Origin: the human T2T-CHM13v2.0 reference genome, Homo sapiens | DNA length: 64,000 bases | Direction: 5' to 3' (one strand) | Assembly: GCF_009914755.1 (NCBI RefSeq) | Contig: NC_060927.1 | Shown here: piece by piece, positions 14,549-26,771 of the stretch | Position numbering within the stretch: position 1 is the first letter of the stretch | Layout of the letters: every line of letters starts with the position of its first letter | Made by a program: the position numbers and the translations under genes | The notes under the pieces: model-generated | The model's input: the letters and a program-made list of their open reading frames with translations, nothing else | Told to the model about the DNA's origin: nothing | The model's database searches: none

Positions 14549-16469
14549 TATGGGCACATTAATGTTTAAATGAACGTCTTTACTTTATTTCCAAACTTCA
14601 GTATTTTCCTTCCTACATTTTAATTTTCTTTTTTCATAATGTTCTTTCATAAGAGAATGAATTTTGGACCCAGATCATCTGTTACGTTGGTCAAATTCCT
14701 TAACTTTATTTGAATCAATTTTCTCAAATGTCTGAAGATGATGATACTAATATTTGCTTCCCCGTCGGATGGCTGTCTTCAAAATAAGCACTTTAATTAT
14801 AATAAAGGCTGGAAATAAAAATATTTCTTTTATTATTGCTGTATGTTTTCAATATTCTTCAATATCTTACATGAATTTTTTTAAAAAATTAAGTTGAAAC
14901 TTTCTATTCCTGTCTTATTTTTCAGACATAGCTTTTTCCTGTCTTCCGTTCCACTCCTTCTCTAGAATTTCTTCTTGCCACACACTTCTTTCCCCTGGGT
15001 AGACAGAGCCTCACAAGCTCATCCTTATTTTTCCTCACAAAGCCTTGTCAAACAGACCATCCATTGAGATTCCTACTGGATCAATTGACAATTGATTCAA
15101 TTTGGTCACTAGGCAACATATTTTAGGAAAAGAATGTTGTGAATGCTGTTTTTGCATTTATTTTCCAGGATTAAAACCTTCTTCAAATAATCTGCTTTGT
15201 TCCAGGATCCATGAAAGCTTGAAATAGCACCCACACCGTCTGCACTTGCTTGCCCTTTATGCCATAAATTCCTTCTAAACATAGACATCCATGTCAAGTT
15301 GGCATTGATATAGGATGCAGATTTATGTGTTTAGAAGTAAGTCAAGAAAGAAAGAACATTTGGAAAGACTATCAAGAAAGATGGGTTGTCAGAAAAAATA
15401 AAGAAAAAAGAAAAAAGATAGGAAAACTAATGAATGCTAAAACACACTACAACAGCTTATCAGTGTGAGTTAGCTCTTCATGTTCTCGTAGTCCGTTCTA
15501 GAATTGGGACCTTCTTTTCAGGCTCTTTTTCAACAATGGCCACTGGAGGGCATTGCCAGCCAGCAGTGAGGGAGGTTTATAGCAAGTCCTTAACAGGGAA
15601 AGTTAAGGTATAAAGGTCAGATGTGGCAATAGCGTCAGACAACAATAGGGCAAACATGAAAAACTACAACTACGTGTCTCAGAGCAAGATTTTGCTGGCA
15701 CTTAGACTGAGGTCTAAGAAAGAGTTGTTGAAATATGGTGGGTGTTTGCCCTAGGTTTTATTTTCCCTTCTCACTGTTAACATTGATGTTGTCATTTATT
15801 TACAGCTTTATGGTTGCATGGGCCTCATATCATTTGATCAGTATGTTCTCTAACAGTTTGGTCTAAATTGAGTTTCTGAAAATTTGAACCTGTCAATGAA
15901 GATGGCTGATCTCCATGAAAAGATGGCATAAGCAGGTCTCTTCAAAATGGGAAAAGGTCCTCTAGGAAAGCAAAATGTTACTTTAACATTTGAACATACC
16001 TGCAAATTTCTTATTAAGTTGATTTATAGTGTGACACATCAATAAGGTACTTGAGGCTTGATTCACTAGACTGATATGCCACTCAATCGGGCAGTCATTT
16101 AGCTTATTCACCACCTCTACTCGGGGGGCCAGTGATGCTTCCTCTGATCACGTTGAAACGGCGCCCATGTGAAAGCCCAGCACCATGTTACATTTCCATT
16201 CTACCTTCTCTTCTTATGCCTTGGAATATTCAAATCAATATTCTTCAAATTTCAAGTCTATGGGAAAGGGTGGTATTTTTAAATTCTAATTTGTTTTAGT
16301 GTGCATATGTGTGGTTTGTTCATGTAGACGGCTTTGCCGTTTAATCTCAATTCTTGGCAAGCCAGTGTTAAGTGACTGGTTTTACACTTGGTGTGACTGA
16401 ATGGGTACTGAGGCTCAGCTTGCCTGAATTACAAAGGCCATCGAGATGTTCTAACCTCATGTTTCTGGA

Positions 16470-17900
16470 GAAGTTTTCAATTGGCTTTTAGCACTATATC
16501 ATCCTGGATTGCCTCTGATATCAATGACTACTTCTGTCAGTTTCCTTTACTTTCCTCTCTGCTGTTGGAACAGAAGCATGCCCAGAGATCAGACATTGAA
16601 CCTATTTTCTTCTGGGTCTGCCTCACTTTCATGGTGATATCCTCCAGCCTCATGACTTTTAAAACCACCTATAGGCCAATGACTCCCAAATTTATATTTC
16701 CACTCTGCATCTCTCCCATATACTCCAAATTCCAATTTCCAAATGCCTACAACTCTACTTGAGTGTCTGATAGATGTCTCAAACTTAGTATGTTCAAAAC
16801 CAAACTTGATCTTCCTTCTAAAGCTTAGTTTTCCCTTCTCAGTTTATAGCAGCTTGTGGTTTTCTGTGTGAAAAGGGCTATGTAAACCAAAATAAAATTC
16901 TGAGCCCCTAACAGACTAAATGGACTCCCCTCTTCACCAAAGGGATCCCAAAGAAACCTGAGCAACTAATTCAGGGCATGAATGGAAGGTGTGGGAGGGG
17001 ATCAGACATGCTTCATTAAACCTTTCTCCGTTTGGAATTTGGGCACAACTGACCAGCATTAATAATAAAACAGAGTTCTTAAGACTGACAAAACAGGCTC
17101 TTTATAGCAATAAGATACCAAATCCCAACCTGACTCTGGTATAGTGTCACAGGACAGAGAGCAGGCTCTGAAGGAAGTCATAGTGTTTTACCCCAAAATA
17201 TATTTGTTTGACATATTTCGAAATGGCCATGCAAAGCTATCACTTGGGGGGGAAATTTGAATTCTGTAGAAAATCTTTTTCCCTTACTAGATCTTTTCTG
17301 GAGAGGAAAGTCTGATACCATTTAAGGTCTGATCAGAGATGTTTACTATCTATTCTTTTTGAAGCCTGCTACCAGAACTTCATCTATATGACAAGAACCA
17401 TGGCTTCCCTTAAGAATTTTTTTATGCTGACTTCAAATTCTTTAGGCAATGCCTAACTCTTTCAACCAAATCCACTCATGACCTGGAAGCCCCCACTTTG
17501 AGAAGTCATACCTTTCTGGGCTAAACCAATGTTTACCTTAAGTGTACTCTTTTATGTCTTTGCCTGTAACTTCTGTCCACCTAAAAGGCATAAAACCAAG
17601 GGTATACCTCTCAACCCTGAGGCACATGTTCTCAGGACCTCCTGAGGCTATGTCATGGGCCATGGTCTTTAACCTTCACAAACTAAACCTTTAAATTGAC
17701 TTAGACTGGTCACAGATACTTTTTTGGGTTACAGCTAGAATCATCCTTGACTCGTCTCGTACCTACATCAAATTCATAATCCGATCTATAATTAAATCCA
17801 GAACCAACGATGCTCACCGCTTAATTGGGCTTTAAATGTCATCCTTTCTCTCAGATTATGGCAACAGCCTCCTTGCGTCTACTGTCAAGTCCCCTAACAA
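16470..17900 (+). mobile_element. L2 fragment interrupted by MER4 LTR
   Basis: Sense L2 motifs gactcccaaatttatattt, atgtctcaaacttagtatgttcaaaaccaaact; resumes after the LTR with gaatcatccttgactc. Confidence 0.7.
16881..17733 (+). mobile_element. MER4-family ERV1 solo LTR
   Basis: tgtaaaccaaaataaaattc...ttttgggttaca with exact 4-bp TSD gcta (16877-16880 / 17734-17737), the usual ERV1 length. Confidence 0.9.
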
Positions 17901-18344
17901 CATGGCAGAGGTACTACGTAGATTATAAACCTTTTTCACTATGCATATATAAGCAGGACAGGCCAGGCAGGTTTTAATGGGAGAAACACACACGTTAGAG
18001 GGGAGATACTAAGGACACAGATGAGGAACACTGTGATGGAAATGTGAAAGGTGAAATATTTAGTTGAGATTGAAAAGGAATCTAGTTGTTGAAAGAGGGA
18101 TGAATGTCATCAAATTGGAAAAATCTGAATGACTTAAGGAAAATATTTATTGCTTGCATAGATAGAGATATTTACAGCTTACAGAGTGTTTTCAAGTACT
18201 ACTATTTCACTCAGTCTTCACCCTTTTGTACTAATGTAAGTAGAAAGAGATAAAAAAAAAACTGGGTCTCTAGAAGGTTAAGGGATTTTTTTCGAGGTCA
18301 TGAAGTGTGAAATTGAGCCTTAAGTCACAGGAATTTCTTACTAT

Positions 18345-18612
18345 ACCTAGAACTAGTGGTAAGTTTTCCACTGGCCCATGGCAAAATAAGAAAAATAGGA
18401 ACAATGAAGTAAATTTTTCATAAAGCTAAAAGTATTTCATTCAAAGAGGTATTCTTTATTTTGAGATTATATTCTCCTCAATCTTTGATGTCATAATGTT
18501 TTTTATTTTAAAACAATAATTAAGAGTATTTATAAATGTCTTAATTGGTCAAAATAAAAATGAGTTCTTAAAAAGCATAACTATCTATCTATGCAAAATC
18601 TGGGAACTACTG
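18345..18612. mobile_element. hAT-Charlie non-autonomous DNA transposon (Charlie18a-like)
   Basis: ggcaaaataagaaaaataggaacaatg...tttttcataaagctaaa...ttttgagattat; ends tgggaactactg (Charlie-type TIR). Confidence 0.55.
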
Positions 18613-19119
18613 ACCTACACTCATGTCTCAGGTAAGAAAACTTGAGAACCAGGTTGCATTCTCATTAACATGTTTTCTTCTAGTCAGTATCCGGGCTTTT
18701 GAAACTGTCTATTTTTTTAATATCTATTTAAAGCAAAGGAATAATTCTAAAGCAAGAAGGACTAAATGGGAACTTTCTGTATGTGTGCCTCATGTGTGAT
18801 CTTCCTTTCTGGCTCCCTGCTTTCATTTAGGAATTGAGACTATAAAAATTTAAGTGTAAAAAAAAACTTATTATTTTATTAGATGAACAGTATTATTCAC
18901 GTCGCTAAAGAGCTCAAAGGAAACGATGATTACATTTTAGAAAGTTGTCTCTGTTCCTATTAAATTATTGCTAAGTGTATGTATTTTTCTACCTCTTTTT
19001 CCTAAATTCTACTGAAATGATGTAATAGATACAAAAATACATCCACAGCAGTGTGAGTACTTGGACAAAAATACCACCATTTTATCAGAGCAGTGAAAAG
19101 TTTCTGACAATAAATAGCA

Positions 19120-19700
19120 CATTCATTTATTTTTTCAACAGCTATCTACTGAGGATGTATTGTGCCATTCTAGGCATATAATATAAATGCCCATTTGTTA
19201 AAAAGAAATATGTCGGATTATGATAAATGCAATGTAAATAATAGATAAGTTCATATGATAGAAAAATGACTTGGTGGCTGCTGTAATCTGGGTAGTTACG
19301 GAAGAGCTCTTTGAGAAACTGATCTCTTAATCGACAGGTAAGTAAGAAGGAACTAGCTGTTTAGATATCAGAAAGAAAACTTTCCTGAGAGACAGAAAAG
19401 CAGTGCAAGGGCTTAAAATGTTTGGGGATCTAAAAGAATGCTAGTGGGGTGATGGTAAAGAGTAGGTCATAGGGGGAAGAAGGACCTAGATTATGTAAGC
19501 TTTTAAAAGCCAGACAAAAAGTTTATATTTTATTGTAAATAAGATGAGAAGCAACTGGAGAAATGTAAGCAGGAGAGTGGTATGGTGTGATATGTTATTT
19601 TAAAAGACAGCTTTGATTGGTTTTTGGAAAGTGAAGGTGGTATATAAATTTGGATGATTTGGCTGTAATTACGGACAAGGTAATTTAGTCTATATAAAAG
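19120..19700 (-). mobile_element. L2 3' end
   Basis: attcatttattttttcaacag...tactgag start, followed by antisense L2 body motifs. Confidence 0.6.
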
Positions 19701-19969
19701 TGTTAAAACTACGATAACTAATAACAAATCCATAGATATGACATCTCAAGGGTCGTTTATTCAGTGACAGCAATAACATTAAAAACTACAGCCTTTTAAC
19801 CTTTTCAATCTGACATCTTTGGTGTCTTGGCTTTGTCCCCATGGTTGCAAGATAGCTGCAGTAGTTTCAGATTTTAAATGCAGACATGGCAACACCCATA
19901 GGTATAAGCTTCCCAATAGACCTTCACTCTGACCAACCTTTTCTTTAAAGCCACAAAGAGTTACGATTT

Positions 19970-20800
19970 ACATGTACAGATTTATCTTTACAGCAATAAA
20001 AATGTAAATTGGAGTGAAAAATTATTCATTGGCCAATATTTGCCAATTAGGATTTCAAATATGAGTAACTAAGAAAGTTGTACATCAAAAAAAGCAAATA
20101 ATTAAACTCTAAGTCTTAAGTTAGGAACCAGAATAACCCTAGATATAATTATTGTCCTTTAAATTTTTTTGAGGATACCACATTCATAAAAACGATCAGA
20201 CTGTTTTGAAAGAAAAATAAGACTTCAAAAATAAAAATACAAATGCAGAAACAAAAAACAGATGGGCCAAAATAGCAGAATGAACACAGCTGAATACGAA
20301 ATTTCTAAACTAGAAGGCAGAGCCAGTCAAAAAAAAAGTGGAGATTTTTGCAACCCACAGAAATACAAAATTTCAGTATATTTTAAAAAGTGAAAAATAA
20401 TAGAGATCAGATTTCTTGACTATAATGTGATGATAGTAAGAAATTAACAGCAAAACGGTAGACAGATGAAGATGATCCACTTGGAAAATATAAAAAGAAG
20501 ACAACTAAAAAGCAAAACTTTGGATAAAGAGGGATTGAAAACTACAATTATAGGCAATTACATGGCGTGCCAGCTATGCTGGCTGTATCTCTGAGACATG
20601 TTGATTATTTGCTGAACATACAATAGCAGCATATATGAAAATATGTAAGATTAGGCCAACGCAATATTTAGAAGAAATTATGTTGCCGTAAATACATTAA
20701 TTAAAAAATAAAAATGATTGAAAGTAAATCAACTATGCATTCAACTCGAGAAAAAGAGAGACAAAACATACCTAAAGATAAGATGGAAGTTACTGAGCTA
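19970..20800 (+). mobile_element. Old L1M fragments
   Basis: A-rich sense L1-like sequence (gaacacagctgaa...tttctaaactagaag; catatgaaaatatgtaagattaggccaacgcaatatttagaag). Confidence 0.5.
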
Positions 20801-21280
20801 AGAAGCACGAGAACATGCTCATGGGGTCAGGACTGAATGAGGCTTACTTTGTTATTAAATCTTTCTCACTGAAGTGTCACCTTACAACTTTCTCTGTGCT
20901 GCAAGATCCTTTATGCCATAAAAACTTCGTTTTTGAAAGTGACACTTAGCTAAATTTGTCCAGAAATACTGTGAATAGTAATGAAAAGGTAGGTCAGAGT
21001 GGGGTAAAATAGAAGCAAATATTTCATCCATGGATGAATGATCACTAGGGAATAAATGTCTACTCAAAACGTACTGTGGGCTCAGAGATGAAGTGTGAGT
21101 TGGTCCTATAGATGCCTCACCTATGGTACTTGGCCAAAAAATGAGGGTGGGAATGAATCATACTTAGTGTGAAAACCGATAGAAAATGACAAGAAGCTTG
21201 AGATGTCTAATTTCAGGAGTATTACTATGATACCTAAATATAGGTGATTTTAGAATGCTTACCAATAATAACTTGTTTTA

Positions 21281-21529
21281 GTGTGATCACAGGTCATTGG
21301 AGCCTCAACCTCCTGGGCTCAAGCAATCCTCCCACTTCAGTCTCTCGAGTAGGTTGGCCTACAGGCATGTGCCACCATGCCTGGCTATTTTTTTTTTCAT
21401 TTTTTGTAGAGATGTGGTCTCACTATGTTGCCTAGGCTGATCTCAATGTCCTGGAAGATTTTTAAGTGATCTTTCTGTCTCAGCCTCCCAAAGTGCTGGG
21501 ATTCCCAGCATGAGCCACTGTGCCCAGCC
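21281..21529 (-). mobile_element. AluJ, partial (3' end missing)
   Basis: ctcctgggctcaagcaatcctcccac...cctcccaaagtgctgggatt...tgcccagcc. Confidence 0.88.
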
Positions 21530-22027
21530 ACAACTTTAGTTTTATAGTACGTATTCATAGTCCTTATTGTTTATAGAATATTATCATTCTTTTTGCACTA
21601 GGAATTAGTTCCTGTATGGAAGTTACTATGAAACAAAATTGTGTTCAAAGTAAAGAAAAACATTCAAAAGTCTAAATTATCAGGTGGTAAGGTGGCTTCC
21701 TTGGTAGTTGAGAATTTTTCTGTCTCTCAAAACATTAAATAATGGCTAGCAGATCGCTTATAGGAAATGTTAGAGAGGAAAGTTATTTATTGAGTGGGAT
21801 GGGGAGAGGGGTGACCCCAAATTCCCTTTACATCCTGACATTTTAGGATTTGTGTTTCTGGTGTACCCCACTTACTATATATATATATCAAAGGAGTCTT
21901 CTACTAATTAGCTTCCAAATAATTCTGTCTAAGCATAGAAAATAGTTGATCTAGTATATTTTCTAGTCATTCCTAGCCCTTTCAAAGATTCTACAGTTTT
22001 AACCAAAAAGAAATAAGTAATGTACAT

Positions 22028-22419
22028 TGCTATGGTTTGAGTTTGTCACCTCTGACACTCATGTTGAAACTTACTCCCCAATGTACCAGTATTAAGAGGT
22101 GGGGCCTTTAAGAGGTTATTGAGTTATGTGCACTCTGCCTTCATGAATAGATCAATCCATTCATGGATTAATGAATTAATGGGTTATCACAAGAGTGTAT
22201 CTGTTATAAAAGCCCATTTAGCAAACTTGGCTCCTCACCATGTGATGCCCTGCATTGTTTTGGAACGTTGCAGAGTCCTACCAGCAAGAAGCCCTTCACC
22301 AGATACACTTCCTTGCCCTTGGACTTCCCAACCTCAGAACTGTATGAAATAAATTCCTTTCCTTTACAAATTACCCAGTCTCAGGTATTCAGTTTAGCAA
22401 CAGAAAATGGACTAAAACA
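22028..22419 (+). mobile_element. MST (MSTC/MSTD-like) MaLR solo LTR
   Basis: tgctatggtttg...actcatgttgaaac, aggtggggcctttaagagg, ttacccagtctcaggtattc, ends gactaaaaca. Confidence 0.85.
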
Positions 22420-22694
22420 GCATGCCTTTATTCAAATATGGTTGTTCCATATATTCTGGACTTTCCAGCAATAGCATTAAATGGCGTTGTACATTTTGAA
22501 GCTGGAACTTCTTTTAAGATATTCTGCTCAGTTTCTGACAATAAATACAACATAATCCTACTCATATTATTCCTGCCTCATCACCAGTGCTTTAAGCATA
22601 CCAGGTATGAGTGATGTTGCTTTGACTATTATGGCAAAGCCAGCACAATAGATCACATTAACATGGTGACACTATAGGATCATTTACATAAAAA

Positions 22695-22940
22695 CACTTA
22701 ACATTTGTTGAATATTTTCTACCTACCAGGCATGATTCTAAGTACTTTACATTTGCTGGCTCGTATAATCTTCAAAACAGCACTACGATGTTGATGCCAA
22801 TTTTATTTTAATTTTACTGGTGGTAAAATTGAGGCAAAGAGAAGTTAATATACTCAAAAGTCACAAAACAAGTGAGAGAGAGAGCGAGCGAGCTCAGATT
22901 TAAACTCAGAAAGTTTAAATTCCAATCGCATGCTCTTTTT
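22695..22940 (-). mobile_element. MIR
   Basis: acatttgttgaat...ccaggcatgattctaagtactttaca...aaattgaggcaaagagaagttaa. Confidence 0.7.
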
Positions 22941-25539
22941 TATCATTTCTACTTTAGATGATGTAGTCTATACCAGGGAGAAAAAGATTTCAAGAAAAGG
23001 AGAGGAAAATAACAAGGGGCAGTGAGATGGAGTGGAGAGAATATTGCACTTGTAGCCAAGACTTTGTATTTCTCGTTTTGACATGCCTCTGTTTAATTTT
23101 TAGTGGACCATTTAATGGCTGATCGTCATCTATAAAATGCAAATTGACTGCACGCCTCTTGATTTAATACTCTTTCTTTGTCTCATTCTAGACCTTTCAC
23201 AAATCAACTTCACATGAATGATCTCATCTAAGTCTGACAGAAATTTTCCAAGAAACTTGAGGTTCAAAATAGTGGAGGCTCCCACCTCCACTGTCCCACC
23301 CACTTGGTTGCACAGATGGTAAGGATCTTCGGACTCCAAAGGCAGTGTCTCTTCCTCCTATATTCTGCTGCCCTATTTTATGTATATAAAAGCATTTTTA
23401 AACTGTAAAATAACTTTCATAGCTAAAGTGGCATGTAAAGGTGGATTGGTAAGGGTTTCAGCAGAAGAAGGTTGCAAAGAAAGAATAATTCTTGGATTTA
23501 TTTGGAGGAGCCAGACTAGTTTACATGAAAACCACATGCATTCTTAATTAATTTTGTTTAAATCCCAGAACAAATGCTAAACTGATGGAAGAATATGCTG
23601 CTTCTCTGTGCTCCCGTGAATTCCTTATTTTGTAGCATAAAATGATAAATGTTTGAACAGCTGCAATTATAAAGTTAAGAAACCATACAACACACATACA
23701 CACAAACACACACAAGCACACACTTTTTTTCTGTCCAGGATTGTGGATTGGAACTGTGCCACAGAAAAGAATCCATGGGTGACAAATATATTTTCATTCA
23801 TTATGCTGAATCCCTTGCATGGCATAACTTTCTCTGTGGGAGGTTTACCTCAAGAATGGCAAAAAAAGAAAAAAAAAAAAAAAAGAAAGAAAAAATGTGA
23901 ACAAACCAGCTTTCTTGATTTATTGTCTTGGAATAGTTTCTGAGATATTGTTCTCCTTCGGGTACAAGCTAAATATTTTTGCAACAATTGAGGATTAATG
24001 GGAAGGAGTTGATGGGTGGAGACAGCTCGGCCTTAGTCATTGTACAAATCTTTAGTTTGCATTTTGTCTTTGTATACTTAAGCAGCATGAATAGAAGGGG
24101 TTGTTATTTCTTATTTAACTTATTTTAAGCACATGTGCTGTAAATATATACTGTTATGCAGGTAAGCCTGTGTGCCTATTTAATTCGTACGCAGTCATTG
24201 TAAACTCTTTTATTGGTTATATATTGGAAATCTGAGAACTCAGTTCTTGGTGTTCTGGGAAGTACATGAAAACTTACAGTGGGCTGAACTTCCTTGTTGT
24301 CTGCTGAAAATGAATGAATGGGCCTGAATCTGCTCCTTGCTATTTACTGAGATATACGTAAATCATATAATATCATATGGGATGGAATTAAGAGAATCAT
24401 AGAATGTCAGATTTGGAAGAGACCTTAGAGCACATTATCACAACTTTATTGGTCAGGGAAACAGAGCCATTGTGGGTATCATGTGAATAAGGGATTTAAT
24501 ATAAAAACTAGACCTCATCCAATATTATAAGAACTGAAAACGTGAAGGTCTAGAGGGGAGTTGGAAACGCCAAGAAAAGTTCACTGGTCATTCAGCCTTT
24601 AGGCACTGGTGTGAGCGGGCAAACAGGAGCTTTCATGGAAATCCAAGAAATTTAAGGACTACATAAAATTTGAACAATTGTACTTGTGATATATTGAAAC
24701 TTCACTAGGTATCAGGCACTATGCTAAGCATCACACATCTTGCGTCTCTTTTTCTTACTGATTTTAAAATTATTTTTCAATTATTTATATATAAATAAAT
24801 ATGGAAATCTATACATAGAAAAACTGAGTGGGAAACACCAAAGACTCTGTAAGAAAAGCCGCGTTGTCATCAGAACAAGGATCCTAGTAGAAAATAGTTT
24901 AGGTAGAGTCTTTAGATCATAGCATATTTTTCAGCTTCCTTTTGAAGTTATAAGAATTTCTTTTGGAGAATTAAATGGGAAAGGTAGTGAATGAGCCGAG
25001 GGAGCTATAGAAAGCTCCACAGTCAGGCATCTGACAGATCTATAAAGTGAGCCGAATACTGGATATCTGGCATGAATATGGTTCGAGAGTGGGATGGTTT
25101 GATTTGTTTTTTCTTCTAGGCTCACCATGACCAACTTCCAGCTCTCAGAAAATTTCAGTATGGTAGAGTGAATGTCCTCAGCTGACAACAGTGCATAGAA
25201 GCAAGAGTGGGGACTTCATCAGCATATGGTCCAGGTTAATAGTAACCTGAGCCAGGTATCCCAGAGCTGAAGGATTCTTAGTAGTAATAGCCATTAGCAT
25301 ATCTGTTTCTTGGGTCACACTGCTTAATCTAACTGGTTGCTCTTTACGTCTGTTCAATTGTCATCTGGAATTGCCCTTCAGCATAACCCTGAGGATTCCC
25401 CTTACTTGTCCCCTGTGTTAGATCCGCTAGATCCTGTATTGAAGTGAAAGGCAAAATCAGAAGCTTTCTGAGCAATGGTTCATGAACTTTACGTTGTGAA
25501 CTAAACTAAAATGTTTTCATTATATTATCAGATTTTTAA

Positions 25540-26231
25540 TTAGTCTAGATTAAAATTTTAGGTTTTTCATTATTTAGTTTAAAATTTTGAAGGCATTGCT
25601 CAAGCACTGTTTTTTTGAGAACTACAGAGACACTTTGAATCCCAGTCTTACATATGATATCTAATTTTATTTTCTCTTCCTGGAAGGCTGTAAGATTTTT
25701 CTCTTTGCATCCTATGTTCTTGTATTTGCTCAATTTGGATGTGTTTTATTCCACTTATATCAGTTAGTATTTATATACTATATACTATATTTATTTATAT
25801 TTTATAAGTAATTTCCTTTTCTTTCTTTTTTTGTTCTATTTCTAGAGGTCCTCTCACTTATATGTGGGACCTCCTGAACTCATTCTGTAATTTTTAATAT
25901 TTTTTCCCATGTTCTATTTTCTCAACTTGCTGTTCTATTTTCATCATTTCCTAAACCTGTTTTTTTTTTCCAAATTTTCTATTGAGTTCCTCACCTCTAC
26001 TATTACATGTTTTTGTACTTTGATTTTGTTATAGCACTTCTTGTTTCATGGCTGGCTGAAATGTTTTTCTTATTTCTCTGAAGATTAAAATTATAGTTTT
26101 ACTAAAGTTCTTTCTGTTTTCTGTTCACACAAGCTCTGTTCCTTCCAAGTTGTTTTTTATTCTGTGTATTTCTGTCTATATCTTTTATATTAGAGGTGAC
26201 GTTCGGACATTTGTCCATCCTTGGCAGTTGT
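25540..26231 (-). mobile_element. Old L1M (ORF1-region) fragment
   Basis: T-rich antisense L1-like: ttttgaaggcattgctc, cctggaaggctgtaagatttttctctttg. Confidence 0.5.
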
Positions 26232-26240
26232 CATTTCCTC

Positions 26241-26537
26241 TTTTTTTTTTTTTTTTTTTGAGATGGAGTCTCACTCTGTCACCAGGCTGGAGTGCAGTGG
26301 TGTGATCTTGGCTCACTGCAACCTCCGCCTCCTGGTTCAAGTGATTCTTTTGCCTCAGCCTCCCGAGTACCTGGGACTGCAGGCATGCACCACCATGGCC
26401 AGCTAATGTTTGTATTTTTAGCAGAGACGGGGTTTCACCATGTTGGCCAAGATTGTCTCGATCTCTTGACCTCATGATCCACCGGCCTTGGCCTCCCAAA
26501 GTGCTGGGATTCCAAGTGTGAGCCACCTCTCTCAGCC
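26241..26537 (-). mobile_element. AluSc-like, full length
   Basis: Poly(T), ctgtcaccaggctgg and ctcgatctcttgacctc diagnostics; 10-bp TSD catttcctct (26232-26241 / 26538-26547). Confidence 0.93.
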
Positions 26538-26737
26538 CATTTCCTCTAATGAATCAGATCCAAAAGTGGATTAAATTCTCTGAGTGCTTGGCTTGGCTTG
26601 TTACCCGTAAGGAGACTTGCTTGAATTCTTGATATGATGTTAGTCTTTCTCCTTAGACTGGTAAGGTTGAAAGAAAAGTCTCTTCCAATATTGTCCTTGT
26701 ATATTTGTGTCTTAAAACATCTCTTTAGTGGTTTTAA

Positions 26738-26738
<1 letters not shown>

Positions 26739-26771
<33 letters not shown>
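26739..26771. repeat. (TG)n microsatellite
   Basis: Read directly; one interruption. Confidence 0.9.

Noticed and set aside
26185-26526. Alu-overlapping ORFs (also 32282-32691, 59198-59563, 5200-5418)
   Set aside because: Typical Alu-derived peptides with no independent evidence of coding.
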